Assembly (NCBI GenBank): GCA_035532335.1
Contig: DATKRE010000001.1
Coordinates: forward strand, 3,555-67,554
Length of the DNA stretch: 64,000 bases
Source of the DNA: Xanthobacteraceae bacterium
GTDB lineage: Bacteria > Pseudomonadota > Alphaproteobacteria > Rhizobiales > Xanthobacteraceae
Reading direction: 5' to 3'
The position numbers and the translations under genes are program-made. Under the pieces are notes generated by a model. That model was not told the origin of the DNA. It made no database searches and saw only the letters and a program-made list of their open reading frames with translations. Shown here piece by piece: positions 29,285-38,963 of the stretch. Numbering within the stretch: position 1 is the first letter of the stretch; each line of letters begins with the position of its first letter.

Positions 29285-30904
29285 ATGCCGGTCATCGAAA
29301 GCCGTATCGATTCCAGTTCCGAGACCTTTCGCGCCAATCGCGAACAGATGCTGGCGCTGATCGACGAATTTCGCGCGCTCGAGCAGAAGGTGCGGGACGT
29401 CTCCAATTCGAGGCGCGAGCGCTTTCGTTCCCGTGGCCAGTTGCTGCCGCGCGAGCGGATCGCGCTCACGCTCGATCCCGGCGCGCCCTGGCTCGAATTG
29501 TCGACGCTGGCCGGATTTCGCATGCATGACGATGACGGCGCGGAGGGCATCCAGGGCGGCGGCGGGATCGCCGGCGTCGGCTACGTCTCCGGCGTCCGCT
29601 GCATGATTTCCGCCAATGACAGCGCAATCAAGGGCGGCACGTCGACCCCGATGGGGGTGAAGAAGAATCTGCGCATGCAGCAAATCTGCCTGGAGAACAA
29701 GCTGCCGATGGTTCGGCTCGTGGAATCGGGCGGCGCTAATCTGCTGTTCCAGGCTGAGATGTTCGTTGAAGGCGGCCGCGGCTTTGCCAACCAAGCGCGG
29801 ATGTCGGCGGCGGGAATTCCGCAGGTCACGGTGGTGCATGGCTCCTCCACCGCGGGCGGTGCTTATCTGCCCGGCCTTTCGGACTATGTGATTCTGGTCC
29901 GCGGCCGCGCCAAAGTCTTTCTTGCCGGCCCGCCGTTGCTACGCGCGGCGACCGGCGAAATCGCGACCGACGAGGAGCTCGGCGGCGCTGAGATGCACGC
30001 GACCGTCTCCGGGCTCGGCGAATACCTCGCCGAGGATGATGCAGACGGCATCCGCATCGCGCGCGAAGTCATGGCCAAGCTGCCATGGAATGCGCAACTA
30101 CCGGTGCGGCCGGCGAAATCGCTCAAGGAGCCGCGCTATTCACCCGACGAAATCGCCGGCACCGTGCCGCCGGATTACCGCAAGCCCTACGACGTGCGCG
30201 AACTCATCGCCCGTATTGTCGACGATTCCGACTTTCTCGATTTTAAGCCGCTCTATGGTACGCACACGGTGTGTGGCCACGCCGACATCGAAGGCTACGC
30301 GGTCGGAATCGTCGGCAATAACGGACCGATCGACGCCGATGGCGCGAGCAAGGCGGCGCAGTTCATCCAGCTTTGCTGTCAGGCCAATATGCCGATCGTT
30401 TATCTGCAAAATACGACCGGCTATATGGTGGGGCGCGAGGCCGAACAGGCCGGCATCATCAAGCACGGCTCGAAGATGATCCAGGCGGTGGCGAATGCGA
30501 CCGTGCCGCAGCTGACTGTGCATGTCGGCGCTTCATTCGGCGCCGGCAATTACGGAATGTGCGGGCGCGCCTATGATCCTCGTTTTATTTTTGCCTGGCC
30601 GAGCAACCGCATTGCCGTCATGGGTGGCGAGCAGGCGGCCAAGGTTATGGCCATTGTCACCGAGGAAAAGCTTAAGCGCGACGGTAAGCCAGTGGACAAA
30701 GCCAAGCTGGATGCGATGGAACAATCCATCGTCAAGCGCATGGAAGGTGAATCGACCGCGTTCTACGCGACCGCGCGCCTATGGGACGACGGCCTGATCG
30801 ATCCGCGCGACACCCGCAAGGTGCTAGGCTTCTGCCTGTCGATCTGCGGCGAAGCCGAACTCCGGCCGCTGAAACCCAACACGTTCGGCGTCGGGCGGAT
30901 GTAA
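29285..30904 (+). CDS. acyl-CoA carboxylase carboxyltransferase (beta) subunit, methylcrotonyl-/geranyl-CoA carboxylase type
   Basis: A 539-aa ORF with N-terminal SETFRANREQMLALIDEF and GGGAYLP/GASFGAGNYGM, typical of MccB/AtuC. Confidence 0.9.
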   Translation: MPVIESRIDSSSETFRANREQMLALIDEFRALEQKVRDVSNSRRERFRSRGQLLPRERIALTLDPGAPWLELSTLAGFRMHDDDGAEGIQGGGGIAGVGYVSGVRCMISANDSAIKGGTSTPMGVKKNLRMQQICLENKLPMVRLVESGGANLLFQAEMFVEGGRGFANQARMSAAGIPQVTVVHGSSTAGGAYLPGLSDYVILVRGRAKVFLAGPPLLRAATGEIATDEELGGAEMHATVSGLGEYLAEDDADGIRIAREVMAKLPWNAQLPVRPAKSLKEPRYSPDEIAGTVPPDYRKPYDVRELIARIVDDSDFLDFKPLYGTHTVCGHADIEGYAVGIVGNNGPIDADGASKAAQFIQLCCQANMPIVYLQNTTGYMVGREAEQAGIIKHGSKMIQAVANATVPQLTVHVGASFGAGNYGMCGRAYDPRFIFAWPSNRIAVMGGEQAAKVMAIVTEEKLKRDGKPVDKAKLDAMEQSIVKRMEGESTAFYATARLWDDGLIDPRDTRKVLGFCLSICGEAELRPLKPNTFGVGRM

Positions 30905-30920
30905 TTAAAGAGGAAACCCC

Positions 30921-32105
30921 ATGTTGTTCACGCCCGAGCACGAGGAGTTGCGTCGCAGCCTGCAAAAATTCATTGCGGCAGAGGTCAACCCGCATGTGGA
31001 TGACTGGGAGGAGGCCGGCATTTTCCCTGCCCACGAGGTTTTCAAGAAGATGGGTGACTTGGGCTTTTTAGGCCTCAACAAGCCGGTCGAATATGGCGGC
31101 CAAGGCCTCGATTATTCCTACGCGATGGTCATGGCCGAGGAGCTTGGCAATATCGCCAGCGGCAGCGTGCCGATGGCGGTTGGCGTCCAAACCGATATGG
31201 CGACGCCGGCGCTGGCCCGGTTTGGCAGCGACGAGCTCAAGCGCGAGTTTTTGGCGCCGTCGATTGCCGGCGATTTTGTGGCCTGTCTTGGCGTCTCCGA
31301 AGTCGGCGCGGGCTCCGACGTGGCGTCGATAAAAACCACCGCGCGCAAGGACGGCGGTGACTACGTCATCAATGGCGGCAAGATGTGGACCACCAACGGC
31401 ACGCAAGCCGACTGGATGTGCCTCCTCGCCAATACATCCGAAGGGGCGGTCCACAAGAATAAGTCGCTGATTTGCCTGCCGATGACGACCAAGGGCGTGC
31501 AAATCGCCCGCAAGCTCGACAAGCTCGGCATGCGGGCTTCCGATACCGCGCAGATTTTCTTCGATAATGTGCGCGTGCCGCAGCGTCATCTGATTGGCGA
31601 AGAAGGCAAGGGCTTCACCTATCAGATGATGCAGTTTCAGGAGGAACGGTTATGGGCCGCTGCCGCCAACTTGAAGTCGATGGAACGGCTGATTGAGCAG
31701 ACTATCGACTACACGCGCAACCGCAAGGCATTCGGCAAGACGATCCTCGACAATCAAGTGGTGCACTTCCGGCTGGCCGAGCTTTCGACCGAGATCGAGC
31801 TTCTGCGCGCACTGGTCTATCGCGCCTGCGAACTTTATCTCGCGGGCACTGACGTGACGCGGCTTGCCTCCATGACCAAGCTCAAAGCCGGGCGGTTGCG
31901 CCGCGAGGTTGCCGATTCCTGCCTGCAATACTGGGGTGGCATGGGCTATATGAACGAGACGCCGGTCAGTCGCGCCTATCGCGACGGCCGTTTGGGTTCG
32001 ATCGGCGGCGGCGCTGACGAAATCATGCTCACCATCATCTGCAAGCTGATGGGCACGCTGCCGGGAACGTCGAACGCGCCAAGCGAGAAGGCGGGTCATG
32101 CCTGA
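30921..32105 (+). CDS. acyl-CoA dehydrogenase (IVD/AtuD-like)
   Basis: A 394-aa ORF with ACAD motifs (CLGVSEVGAGSD, GGKMWTTNG, YRDGRLGSIGGGADEI). Confidence 0.9.
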   Translation: MLFTPEHEELRRSLQKFIAAEVNPHVDDWEEAGIFPAHEVFKKMGDLGFLGLNKPVEYGGQGLDYSYAMVMAEELGNIASGSVPMAVGVQTDMATPALARFGSDELKREFLAPSIAGDFVACLGVSEVGAGSDVASIKTTARKDGGDYVINGGKMWTTNGTQADWMCLLANTSEGAVHKNKSLICLPMTTKGVQIARKLDKLGMRASDTAQIFFDNVRVPQRHLIGEEGKGFTYQMMQFQEERLWAAAANLKSMERLIEQTIDYTRNRKAFGKTILDNQVVHFRLAELSTEIELLRALVYRACELYLAGTDVTRLASMTKLKAGRLRREVADSCLQYWGGMGYMNETPVSRAYRDGRLGSIGGGADEIMLTIICKLMGTLPGTSNAPSEKAGHA

Positions 32106-32919
32106 TCTGCCGCAGACCTCGCACATCAAACTCGAGTTGCGCCACGCGGTGCTGCATCTGTGGCTCAATCTGCCGGAGCAGCGCAACGCTCTGAGTTCGC
32201 AGATGGTGAGTGAAATTGCGGCGACCTTTGCGGCCATCGCCACCGACCGCTCGATCCGCGTTGTCGTGTTGCGGGGCGCAGGCGGAACCTTCTGCGCTGG
32301 CGGCGACATCAAAAACATGTCCGCTGCCGTCGCGGCGCCGCCGCCGGGCGCGCCCGACGATCTCAAAGACAACAACCGCCGTTTCGGCGCCTTGCTGGAG
32401 GCGGTGAATGGCGCGCCACAGGTGGTGATCGCCGCGGTCGAAGGTTACGCCATGGGCGGCGGCTTTGGCCTTGCTTGCGTCGCCGATGTCACGATCGCGA
32501 CCACCGATGCCCGCTTTGCCATGAGTGAAGTCACGATCGGCGTGGTGGCTGCGGCGATCTCGCCGTTCGTGGTGCAGCGGATCGGGCTGACCGCCGCGCG
32601 GCGCCTCGGTGTGTCAGGCGCGCGCCTCGACGGCACGCAAGCCGTGGCGATCGGCCTTGCCCATGTTTGCGTCAAGGACGCTGCCGCGCTCGATGAAGCG
32701 ATCCGCGAGGCCTGCAATCAAGTGCTCAAAAGTGCGCCGGAGGCGGTCGCGGCCACCAAGCGGCTGATGTTGAGCGCCGCCGGACCCGCTTCGATCCCGG
32801 CTTTGCTGGACGAGGCTGCGGCGGTCTTCGCGGCTGCTGTTCGCGGGCCGGAGGGCCGAGAAGGCACCAGAGCATTCGTGGAGAAGCGCAAGCCCTCCTG
32901 GGTTACGCAGATTGAATAA
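32098..32919 (+). CDS. enoyl-CoA hydratase family protein (methylglutaconyl-/isohexenylglutaconyl-CoA hydratase-like)
   Basis: It has the crotonase fold pattern (RNALS, FCAGGDI, GYAMGGGFGLA). The start overlaps the upstream stop (ATGCCTGA). Confidence 0.85.
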   Translation: MPDLPQTSHIKLELRHAVLHLWLNLPEQRNALSSQMVSEIAATFAAIATDRSIRVVVLRGAGGTFCAGGDIKNMSAAVAAPPPGAPDDLKDNNRRFGALLEAVNGAPQVVIAAVEGYAMGGGFGLACVADVTIATTDARFAMSEVTIGVVAAAISPFVVQRIGLTAARRLGVSGARLDGTQAVAIGLAHVCVKDAAALDEAIREACNQVLKSAPEAVAATKRLMLSAAGPASIPALLDEAAAVFAAAVRGPEGREGTRAFVEKRKPSWVTQIE

Positions 32920-32931
32920 CGGTGGCTCGGG

Positions 32932-34914
32932 ATGACGGCGTTTAGCAAAATCCTGATTGCCAATCGGGGCGAAATAGCCTGCCGGATTGTGCGCACGGCC
33001 AAAGCGCTCGGCTATCGGACGGTTGCCGTGTTCAGCGATGCCGACGCGGGTGCGTTGCATGTGCGGCAGGCCGATGAAGCGGTCCGCATCGGACCGCCGC
33101 CAGTTCAGCAGAGCTATCTCGATATCGATGCGCTTTTGACGGCGGCGAAGGTCGCTGGCGCCGATGCGGTGCATCCCGGTTACGGGTTTCTGTCCGAGAA
33201 CGCCGCTTTTGCGCGCGCCTGCACCGAGGCGGGTCTCGTGTTCGTCGGTCCGCCGGCAGCCGCCATCGAGGCGATGGGCAACAAGGCGCGCGCCAAGGCG
33301 TTGATGGAGACGGCCGGTATTGCGTGCGTACCCGGTTACCGAGGATCCGATCAATCTGACGACAAGCTTTTGGCGGAAGGCCGCCGTATCGGCTTTCCCC
33401 TGATGGTCAAGGCGGCTGCCGGCGGCGGCGGTCGCGGCATGCGGCTGGTTGCATCCGGCGACGATCTTTCCAACGCGCTCAAGCGCGCGCGTTCAGAGGC
33501 GGAAAGTGCATTCGGTTCGGACGAATTGATCCTCGAACATGCCGTCGCCGACGCGCGGCATATCGAGATTCAGGTTTTTGCCGACCGCTACGGTAACGTG
33601 GTTCATCTTGGCGAGCGCGATTGCTCGATCCAGCGCCGCCATCAGAAAGTGATCGAGGAGACGCCGTCGCCCGCCGTCTCGCCTCAATTGCGGGCACCGA
33701 TCGGTGCGGCGGCGGTCGCCGCGGCCAGCGCCATCAGCTATGTGGGCGCCGGGACCGTTGAGTTTCTGCTCGACGGTGCCGGCAACTTTTATTTCCTCGA
33801 AATGAACACCCGGCTTCAGGTCGAACACCCGGTAACCGAGGCCGTCACCGGCCTCGATCTGGTGGCGTGGCAATTGCGCGTCGCCGCCGGCGAAAAATTG
33901 CCACTCGCACAGGAACAAGTGCAGGCTCACGGCCACGCCATCGAAGCGCGCCTCTATGCCGAGGACCCATACCGGAATTTTTTGCCGCAGAGCGGGACTT
34001 TGGTCGACTGGCGTCCGGGATCGGGCGAGGGCGTGCGCGTCGATCACGGCCTGCAACCGGGCGCGGTGGTAAGTCCGTTTTACGACCCAATGCTGGCGAA
34101 GGTGGTTGCACACGGAGCAACGCGCGAGGAGGCGCGGCGGCGGCTGATCCTGGCGCTCGAAGGTACAATCGCATTCGGCCTGGATACCAATCGCAACTTT
34201 CTCGTCGAGGTGCTCCGGCACTCGTCGTTCGTGGCCGGTGAGGCGACGACCGCTTTTATCGAGCGGTATTTTCCGGCGGGCAGCGATGCTATGCGGCGCC
34301 CGTCTCCTGACCTTCGCATGGTTGCACTCGCTGCGATCCTATTGTTCGAAGCGCGCAAATCCGGTGCGGAGTCCTGGTCATCGACCGGCATCGCGACCTG
34401 GCCGCTGCAGCTTGCGGTCGAAAACGCACGGCAGGAGGCGATCGTCGCCGTTGTCGCCAAGGATCGCTATTCGATCGCCGTGGGAAAAAACATCATCGAG
34501 GTATCGATCGAAGATCGTCAGGCCGGCATGGTGCGGTTTACCGCGGAGGGAATTCAGCAGACGGCACGCTTCGCTTTGCACGATGGCGTCCTTCATCTTG
34601 ATCTTAACGGCGTAGTGGCGGCTGTTCGCGAAACCACGCACGAAGCCGGCACGGCAGAGCGGCGCGAAGGCTCGGCTCGACTGCTTGCGCCGATGAACGG
34701 CGCGATTATCAGCGTGCAAGCCAAACCGGGTGATCGTGTCGCTCGCGGCCAGCGCATCGTCGTTCTTGAAGCGATGAAGATGCAACACGAGCTTGCCGCC
34801 GAGCGTGATGGTGTCATCGACAAGGTCCTGGTCAAGCCCGGTGACCAGGTGGCAACCGGCCAGCTCCTTGTTGAGCTCAAAGCCGACAAGCGTCTGAAGG
34901 AGGCGATAGCATGA
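32932..34914 (+). CDS. acyl-CoA carboxylase biotin carboxylase/BCCP (alpha) subunit
   Basis: It has the ATP-grasp biotin carboxylase N-terminus (KILIANRGEIACRI) and a C-terminal biotinyl motif EAMKMQHEL. Confidence 0.9.
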   Translation: MTAFSKILIANRGEIACRIVRTAKALGYRTVAVFSDADAGALHVRQADEAVRIGPPPVQQSYLDIDALLTAAKVAGADAVHPGYGFLSENAAFARACTEAGLVFVGPPAAAIEAMGNKARAKALMETAGIACVPGYRGSDQSDDKLLAEGRRIGFPLMVKAAAGGGGRGMRLVASGDDLSNALKRARSEAESAFGSDELILEHAVADARHIEIQVFADRYGNVVHLGERDCSIQRRHQKVIEETPSPAVSPQLRAPIGAAAVAAASAISYVGAGTVEFLLDGAGNFYFLEMNTRLQVEHPVTEAVTGLDLVAWQLRVAAGEKLPLAQEQVQAHGHAIEARLYAEDPYRNFLPQSGTLVDWRPGSGEGVRVDHGLQPGAVVSPFYDPMLAKVVAHGATREEARRRLILALEGTIAFGLDTNRNFLVEVLRHSSFVAGEATTAFIERYFPAGSDAMRRPSPDLRMVALAAILLFEARKSGAESWSSTGIATWPLQLAVENARQEAIVAVVAKDRYSIAVGKNIIEVSIEDRQAGMVRFTAEGIQQTARFALHDGVLHLDLNGVVAAVRETTHEAGTAERREGSARLLAPMNGAIISVQAKPGDRVARGQRIVVLEAMKMQHELAAERDGVIDKVLVKPGDQVATGQLLVELKADKRLKEAIA

Positions 34915-35780
34915 GCGACAAAGCGGTCATCACCTGCGCGCTCACCGGCGTGCTGACCGATCCGAGACAGCATCCGGTACCGGTCACGCCTGAAGAAATG
35001 GCCCGCGAGGCTAAGGCTGCGTTCAATGCCGGCGCTGCGGTCATGCATGTGCATTTCCGCCAGCAGGCGCCCGGAAAGGGACATCTGCCGTCGTGGGAAC
35101 CGCAGTTGGCCGCCACCATCATGCAGGCTATCCGCGATGCCTGTCCGGGCGTCATTCTCAATGAATCGACTGGCACGGTTGGATCGGACATTTCGGGTCC
35201 AGTCGCCTGCCTGCGGATGGTCAGACCAGAAATTGCGGCCTGTAACGCCGGATCACTCAATTATCTGAAAGTGCGCACCGACGGATCGTGGGCGTGGCCG
35301 CCGCATCTGTTCGATAATCCGGTCGAAAAGGTCAGAGCCTATTTGGACGTCATGGCTGAAACCGGTACGCAGCCGGAATTTGAATGTTTCGACGTCGGCA
35401 TCGTGCGGTGCGTCGGCATGTACGCCAAAAACGGCATGTTCAAGGGACGGCCGAAATACAACTTCGTCATGGGCGTCGAATCCGGAATGCCCACCGATCC
35501 GGATCTGCTGCCGATTCTTTGCAAGCTTCTTGTTGCGAACGCCCCGTGGCAGGTAACGGCGGTTGGCCGCGAGAGCATCTGGCCGCTGCATCGACGCGCC
35601 GCCGAGCTTGGCGGCCATTTGCGCACCGGTCTTGAAGATACGTTTTATCTGCCGGATGGCGGCAAAGTCGGTTCGAATGGTGCGCTTGTCGATATGCTGG
35701 CGCGCTACGCACGCGAAGCCGGCCGCGCAGTCGCCAGCCCGGCCGAGGCGCGCGGTCTGATGGGGTTTTCGGCGGCCTGA
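34911..35780 (+). CDS. beta-keto acid cleavage enzyme (BKACE / 3-keto-5-aminohexanoate cleavage, DUF849) family protein
   Basis: The N-terminus is VITCALTGVLTDPRQHPVPVTPEEMAREAKAAFNAGAAVMHVHFR. There is an ATGA overlap with the alpha subunit stop, and GAAGGAGG lies upstream. Confidence 0.85.
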   Translation: MSDKAVITCALTGVLTDPRQHPVPVTPEEMAREAKAAFNAGAAVMHVHFRQQAPGKGHLPSWEPQLAATIMQAIRDACPGVILNESTGTVGSDISGPVACLRMVRPEIAACNAGSLNYLKVRTDGSWAWPPHLFDNPVEKVRAYLDVMAETGTQPEFECFDVGIVRCVGMYAKNGMFKGRPKYNFVMGVESGMPTDPDLLPILCKLLVANAPWQVTAVGRESIWPLHRRAAELGGHLRTGLEDTFYLPDGGKVGSNGALVDMLARYAREAGRAVASPAEARGLMGFSAA

Positions 35781-35814
35781 GAGGAAAGCCGCTTGAGACG
35801 ATCTAAGCGCGCCG

Positions 35815-37385
35815 CTAATGAACCTGCCGGTCTTGGCCGGCCCAGAACGGCTTGCGCAATTCGCGTTTGAGGATTTTGCCGGTCGGTGTGCGCGGCAGTG
35901 CGTCGACAAAATCAACCGAACGCGGCGCTTTGAAATGAGCGATGCGCCCGCGCACAAAGGCGATCAGCTCTTCGGGCGTGACGTCGACGCCGGATTTTTT
36001 CACGACGATCGCCTTCACGGCTTCGCCCCACTTGTCGTCCGGGACACCAATAACAGCCACGTCGGCGATGGCGGGGTGACCAAACATCGCGCTTTCGACT
36101 TCGGCTGGATAGATGTTCTCGCCGCCGGAAATGATCATGTCCTTGACCCGATCGTAGATGTAGACGTAACCGTCTTTATCGAGATAGCCGGCGTCGCCGG
36201 TATAAAACCATTCGCCGCGAATGGCGCGGCTGGTCGCTTCCGGCTGGTGCCAATAACCCAGCATATTTTGCGGCGAGCGCGTGATGATCTCGCCGACCTC
36301 GCCCGCGGGAACATTCTTGCCGCTTGCATCGACCACACGTATTTCGATTCCAGCCATCGGCTTGCCGCAGGATTTAAGGCGCTCCGGGTTATCGTGATCT
36401 TCGGGCGGTAGATACGTGATGGCGCCGTGGTTTCGGTCAGCCCGTATACCTGTGCCAGCTCGCAGCCGAACGCCTTGATCGCATTGCGCACGAGATCGAT
36501 CGGCGCCGGCGAGGCGCCGTAATAGATCAGTTCCAGCGAAGAAAAATCCGTGGTTTTGCACTGCGGATTCTGCAAGGTGAATATGATCAGCGCCGGCACC
36601 ATGAAGGCTTTGGTGATGCGTAATTCCGGTATCGCACGGTGGATCGCCGCCGGATCGGCGTCGCGCAACAACAAGGAGTCGATGCCGCGATGAAGACCGA
36701 TCAACGCCCAGCCGCTGCCGCCGATGTGAAACACCGGCATGCAGACGAGATTGACGTCATTCTCATGCCAGCCGCCGATTGATCGCAGGCCGACATTGCT
36801 CAGGGCGAGCAAGCCCGAATGGCTAAGCTGCGCGCCCTTCGGGTACCCGGTCGTGCCGCTGGTGTACATCTGAATGGCGCAATGATCCGCCGCGATGTTT
36901 AAGCCCGGATCGGTCATGGGTTGGCTGGCGATCCAGTCGGCGTAGTTGGTCCACGAGCCGTGCGGCTCGTCGAGCGCGATGATCTGGCGCACCGACTTCA
37001 TCTCCTGCGCCACCTTGTCAACGACGGGATAGAAGTCGGCACCGACGAACAGCAGTTCCGCGCCGGCGTCGGCCACCACATAAGCGACCTCCGCGGGCGC
37101 GAGCCGAAAATTGACTGGGACCAGCACCATGTCGGCCTTGGCCGCGCCGAACCAAAGTTCGAAGAAGGCAGGTACGTTCTTTGACAGAATCGCGATGCGT
37201 GCCTGGGGCGGTAGTGCGGTCGAAATGAGACCATTGGCCACCTGGTTGGCGCGCTGATCGAGTTCGCCAAACGTGATGCGCTTTCTCTCGAAATGGATCG
37301 CCGTCCGATTGGGCCGCGTCTTGGAGTGATGGCGCGCGATATCGCCGATCGTATCGACGTCCACGATGCCTTCGACCTTGAGCAT
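35815..37385 (-). pseudogene. AMP-dependent acyl-CoA synthetase interrupted by a 1-nt frameshift near 36427 (or a sequencing error)
   Basis: The N-terminal frame (ORF 36135..37586, real start MLKVEG at 37385) runs to ...QVYGLTETT. The C-terminal frame (ORF 35815..36561) continues GAITYLPPEDHD...GENIYPAEVE...PRTPTGKILKREL. The two join if one base is added at accac/ggcgcc. Confidence 0.8.
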
Positions 37386-37658
37386 GTCGATCCTCCCCGC
37401 CGGCTTTGGCTTGTTGCGCTTCTGCGTCTGCTTTGAGGGTAATGGTAGGCACTTTTGCAACCGCCGAAAAGTCCGAGGGTGAGGGCTCGTTTTCACCCGG
37501 ACGCCTATTGCGGTGCAAACTTTAAGCCCCGCGAGAATGAAATCTGTCCGTTCCAGAAGGCCTGCAATAAGTCGGGCGCTGCTCATTGTTCGGGCTTAGA
37601 AAGTTCCATCGTCCGCCCGCAGGCATTTATTGTGGTGGTTTGCACCGCTCAGGCTAAG

Positions 37659-38540
37659 ATGATGCCTCGCGCCGCGATCGAAGGCGCAAACGTCCGCAGC
37701 ATCGCAGGTCCCGTGCACGCCCCCGCGACCAATCCAAAACCGCTGGTTCCGCTCAATCGGAGCCTCGTGGTCACCGCCGTTCTTGCTGGCCTGATTGTGG
37801 CCGCCACGTTCTGGCTGGTCGGACGCAACCAAAGCGATGCCGCCTGGGTGGTGCGCTCGCTGGCAGTGCGCGACGAACTGACGAATGTTGTCAATCAGGT
37901 CGAGGCGGCCGAAACCGGCCAGCGGGGCTATCTGCTGACTGGCCGCGACAGCTATCCCGGGTATTCGATCCATTTTTCACCACCAAGCCCGCCGGTAAGG
38001 GTACCGGTCTCGGCCTCAGCCAGGCCTACGGTTTCGTCAAGCAGTCCAGCGGCCATATCAAGATTTATTCCGAGCCTGGCGCCGGCACCACGGTGAAGAT
38101 TTATCTGCCGCGACTCGTGGCTGACGCGAAGGGATTACTGACGCGCACGGCTTCCGAACCGATGCGGACCGGCGACCGCAGCGAAATTATCATCGTGGTC
38201 GAGGACGACGCTGATGCGTCGACTGACGACGGAAACACTGCACGAGCTCGGTTACACGGTATTCGATAGCGAAAGCGCCACCGGCGCCTTGGAAATTCTC
38301 GACCGCGTGGCCGACGTGAAGTTGCTGTTCACCGACGTTGTCATGCCCGATATCAACGGCAAGAAACTCGCCGATGAGGCGCTGCGTCGGCGGCCTGATC
38401 TAAAAGTACTGTTCACCACCGGATATACCGCCAACGCAGTCGTGCATGGCAGTGTGCTGGGATCCGGGAGTTCATTTGATCGGCAAGCCGTTCACACTCG
38501 ACCACTCGCCGCAAAAGTACGCGCGGTTCTTGACGAGTAA
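37659..38540 (+). pseudogene. remnant of a CHASE3 hybrid histidine kinase: N-terminal TM plus start of CHASE3 joined out of frame to the last HATPase motifs and a frameshifted receiver domain
   Basis: Frame 0 gives [17 protein letters not shown]...[20 protein letters not shown]. From about 37958 another frame reads [51 protein letters not shown]...[11 protein letters not shown]. The REC domain (38214..38540) carries further frameshifts near 38210 and around 38450-38500. Confidence 0.7.
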
Positions 38541-38553
38541 CGCCGCTGACGTC

Positions 38554-38742
38554 TCAGGATGCTTTCCTGGGGACCTTTTCGCCTTTCTTGCGCGCCTTGG
38601 AGAGCCCGATAGCGATAGCTTGCTTGCGGCTCTTCACTTTACCGCCTCGGCCGCTGCGCGCGGTTCCACGGTTGTAGCGGCGCATTTCGCTTTCCACGTC
38701 TTTGCCGGCGGCGGGTGAATATCTGCGTTTCTTCGTTGCCAT
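38554..38742 (-). CDS. small basic protein, DUF6496-like
   Basis: A 62-aa ORF. GTARSGRGGKVKSRKQAIAIGLSKARKKG matches my memory of the DUF6496 consensus. An EcfG-type promoter lies upstream. Confidence 0.65.
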   Translation of the reverse strand: MATKKRRYSPAAGKDVESEMRRYNRGTARSGRGGKVKSRKQAIAIGLSKARKKGEKVPRKAS

Positions 38743-38804
38743 CAGGCTCTCCCGGATCGGCCGCGTGAAAGCGTCGGCCGGTCGCTCATCTTTGTCGCTA
38801 GCTC

Positions 38805-38829
38805 AACCCTTGCTCGCGCGCGGAGTTCC
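38805..38829 (-). promoter_or_regulatory. EcfG-type promoter motif GGAAC-N16-GGTT facing the DUF6496-like gene
   Basis: The minus strand reads gGGAACtccgcgcgcgagcaagGGTTgagc. The motif is 63 nt upstream of the ATG at 38742. Confidence 0.55.
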
Positions 38830-38909
38830 CAGTGTCTGTTCGCCGGCGGCAAGCGATAACCCATTGCGGCGTCTCACTAATCCGCAAACACAAAAATTCA
38901 GCGGCAATT

Positions 38910-38934
38910 GGAACTTATGGTCTTTGCTTGCGTT
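38910..38934 (+). promoter_or_regulatory. EcfG-type promoter motif GGAAC-N16-CGTT facing the sugar dehydrogenase operon
   Basis: The plus strand reads attGGAACttatggtctttgcttgCGTTcc. The motif is 30 nt upstream of the GTG at 38964, which has a GAGG Shine-Dalgarno. Confidence 0.5.
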
Positions 38935-38963
38935 CCTTCCCTGCAAATCCGCGAGGTAGACGC

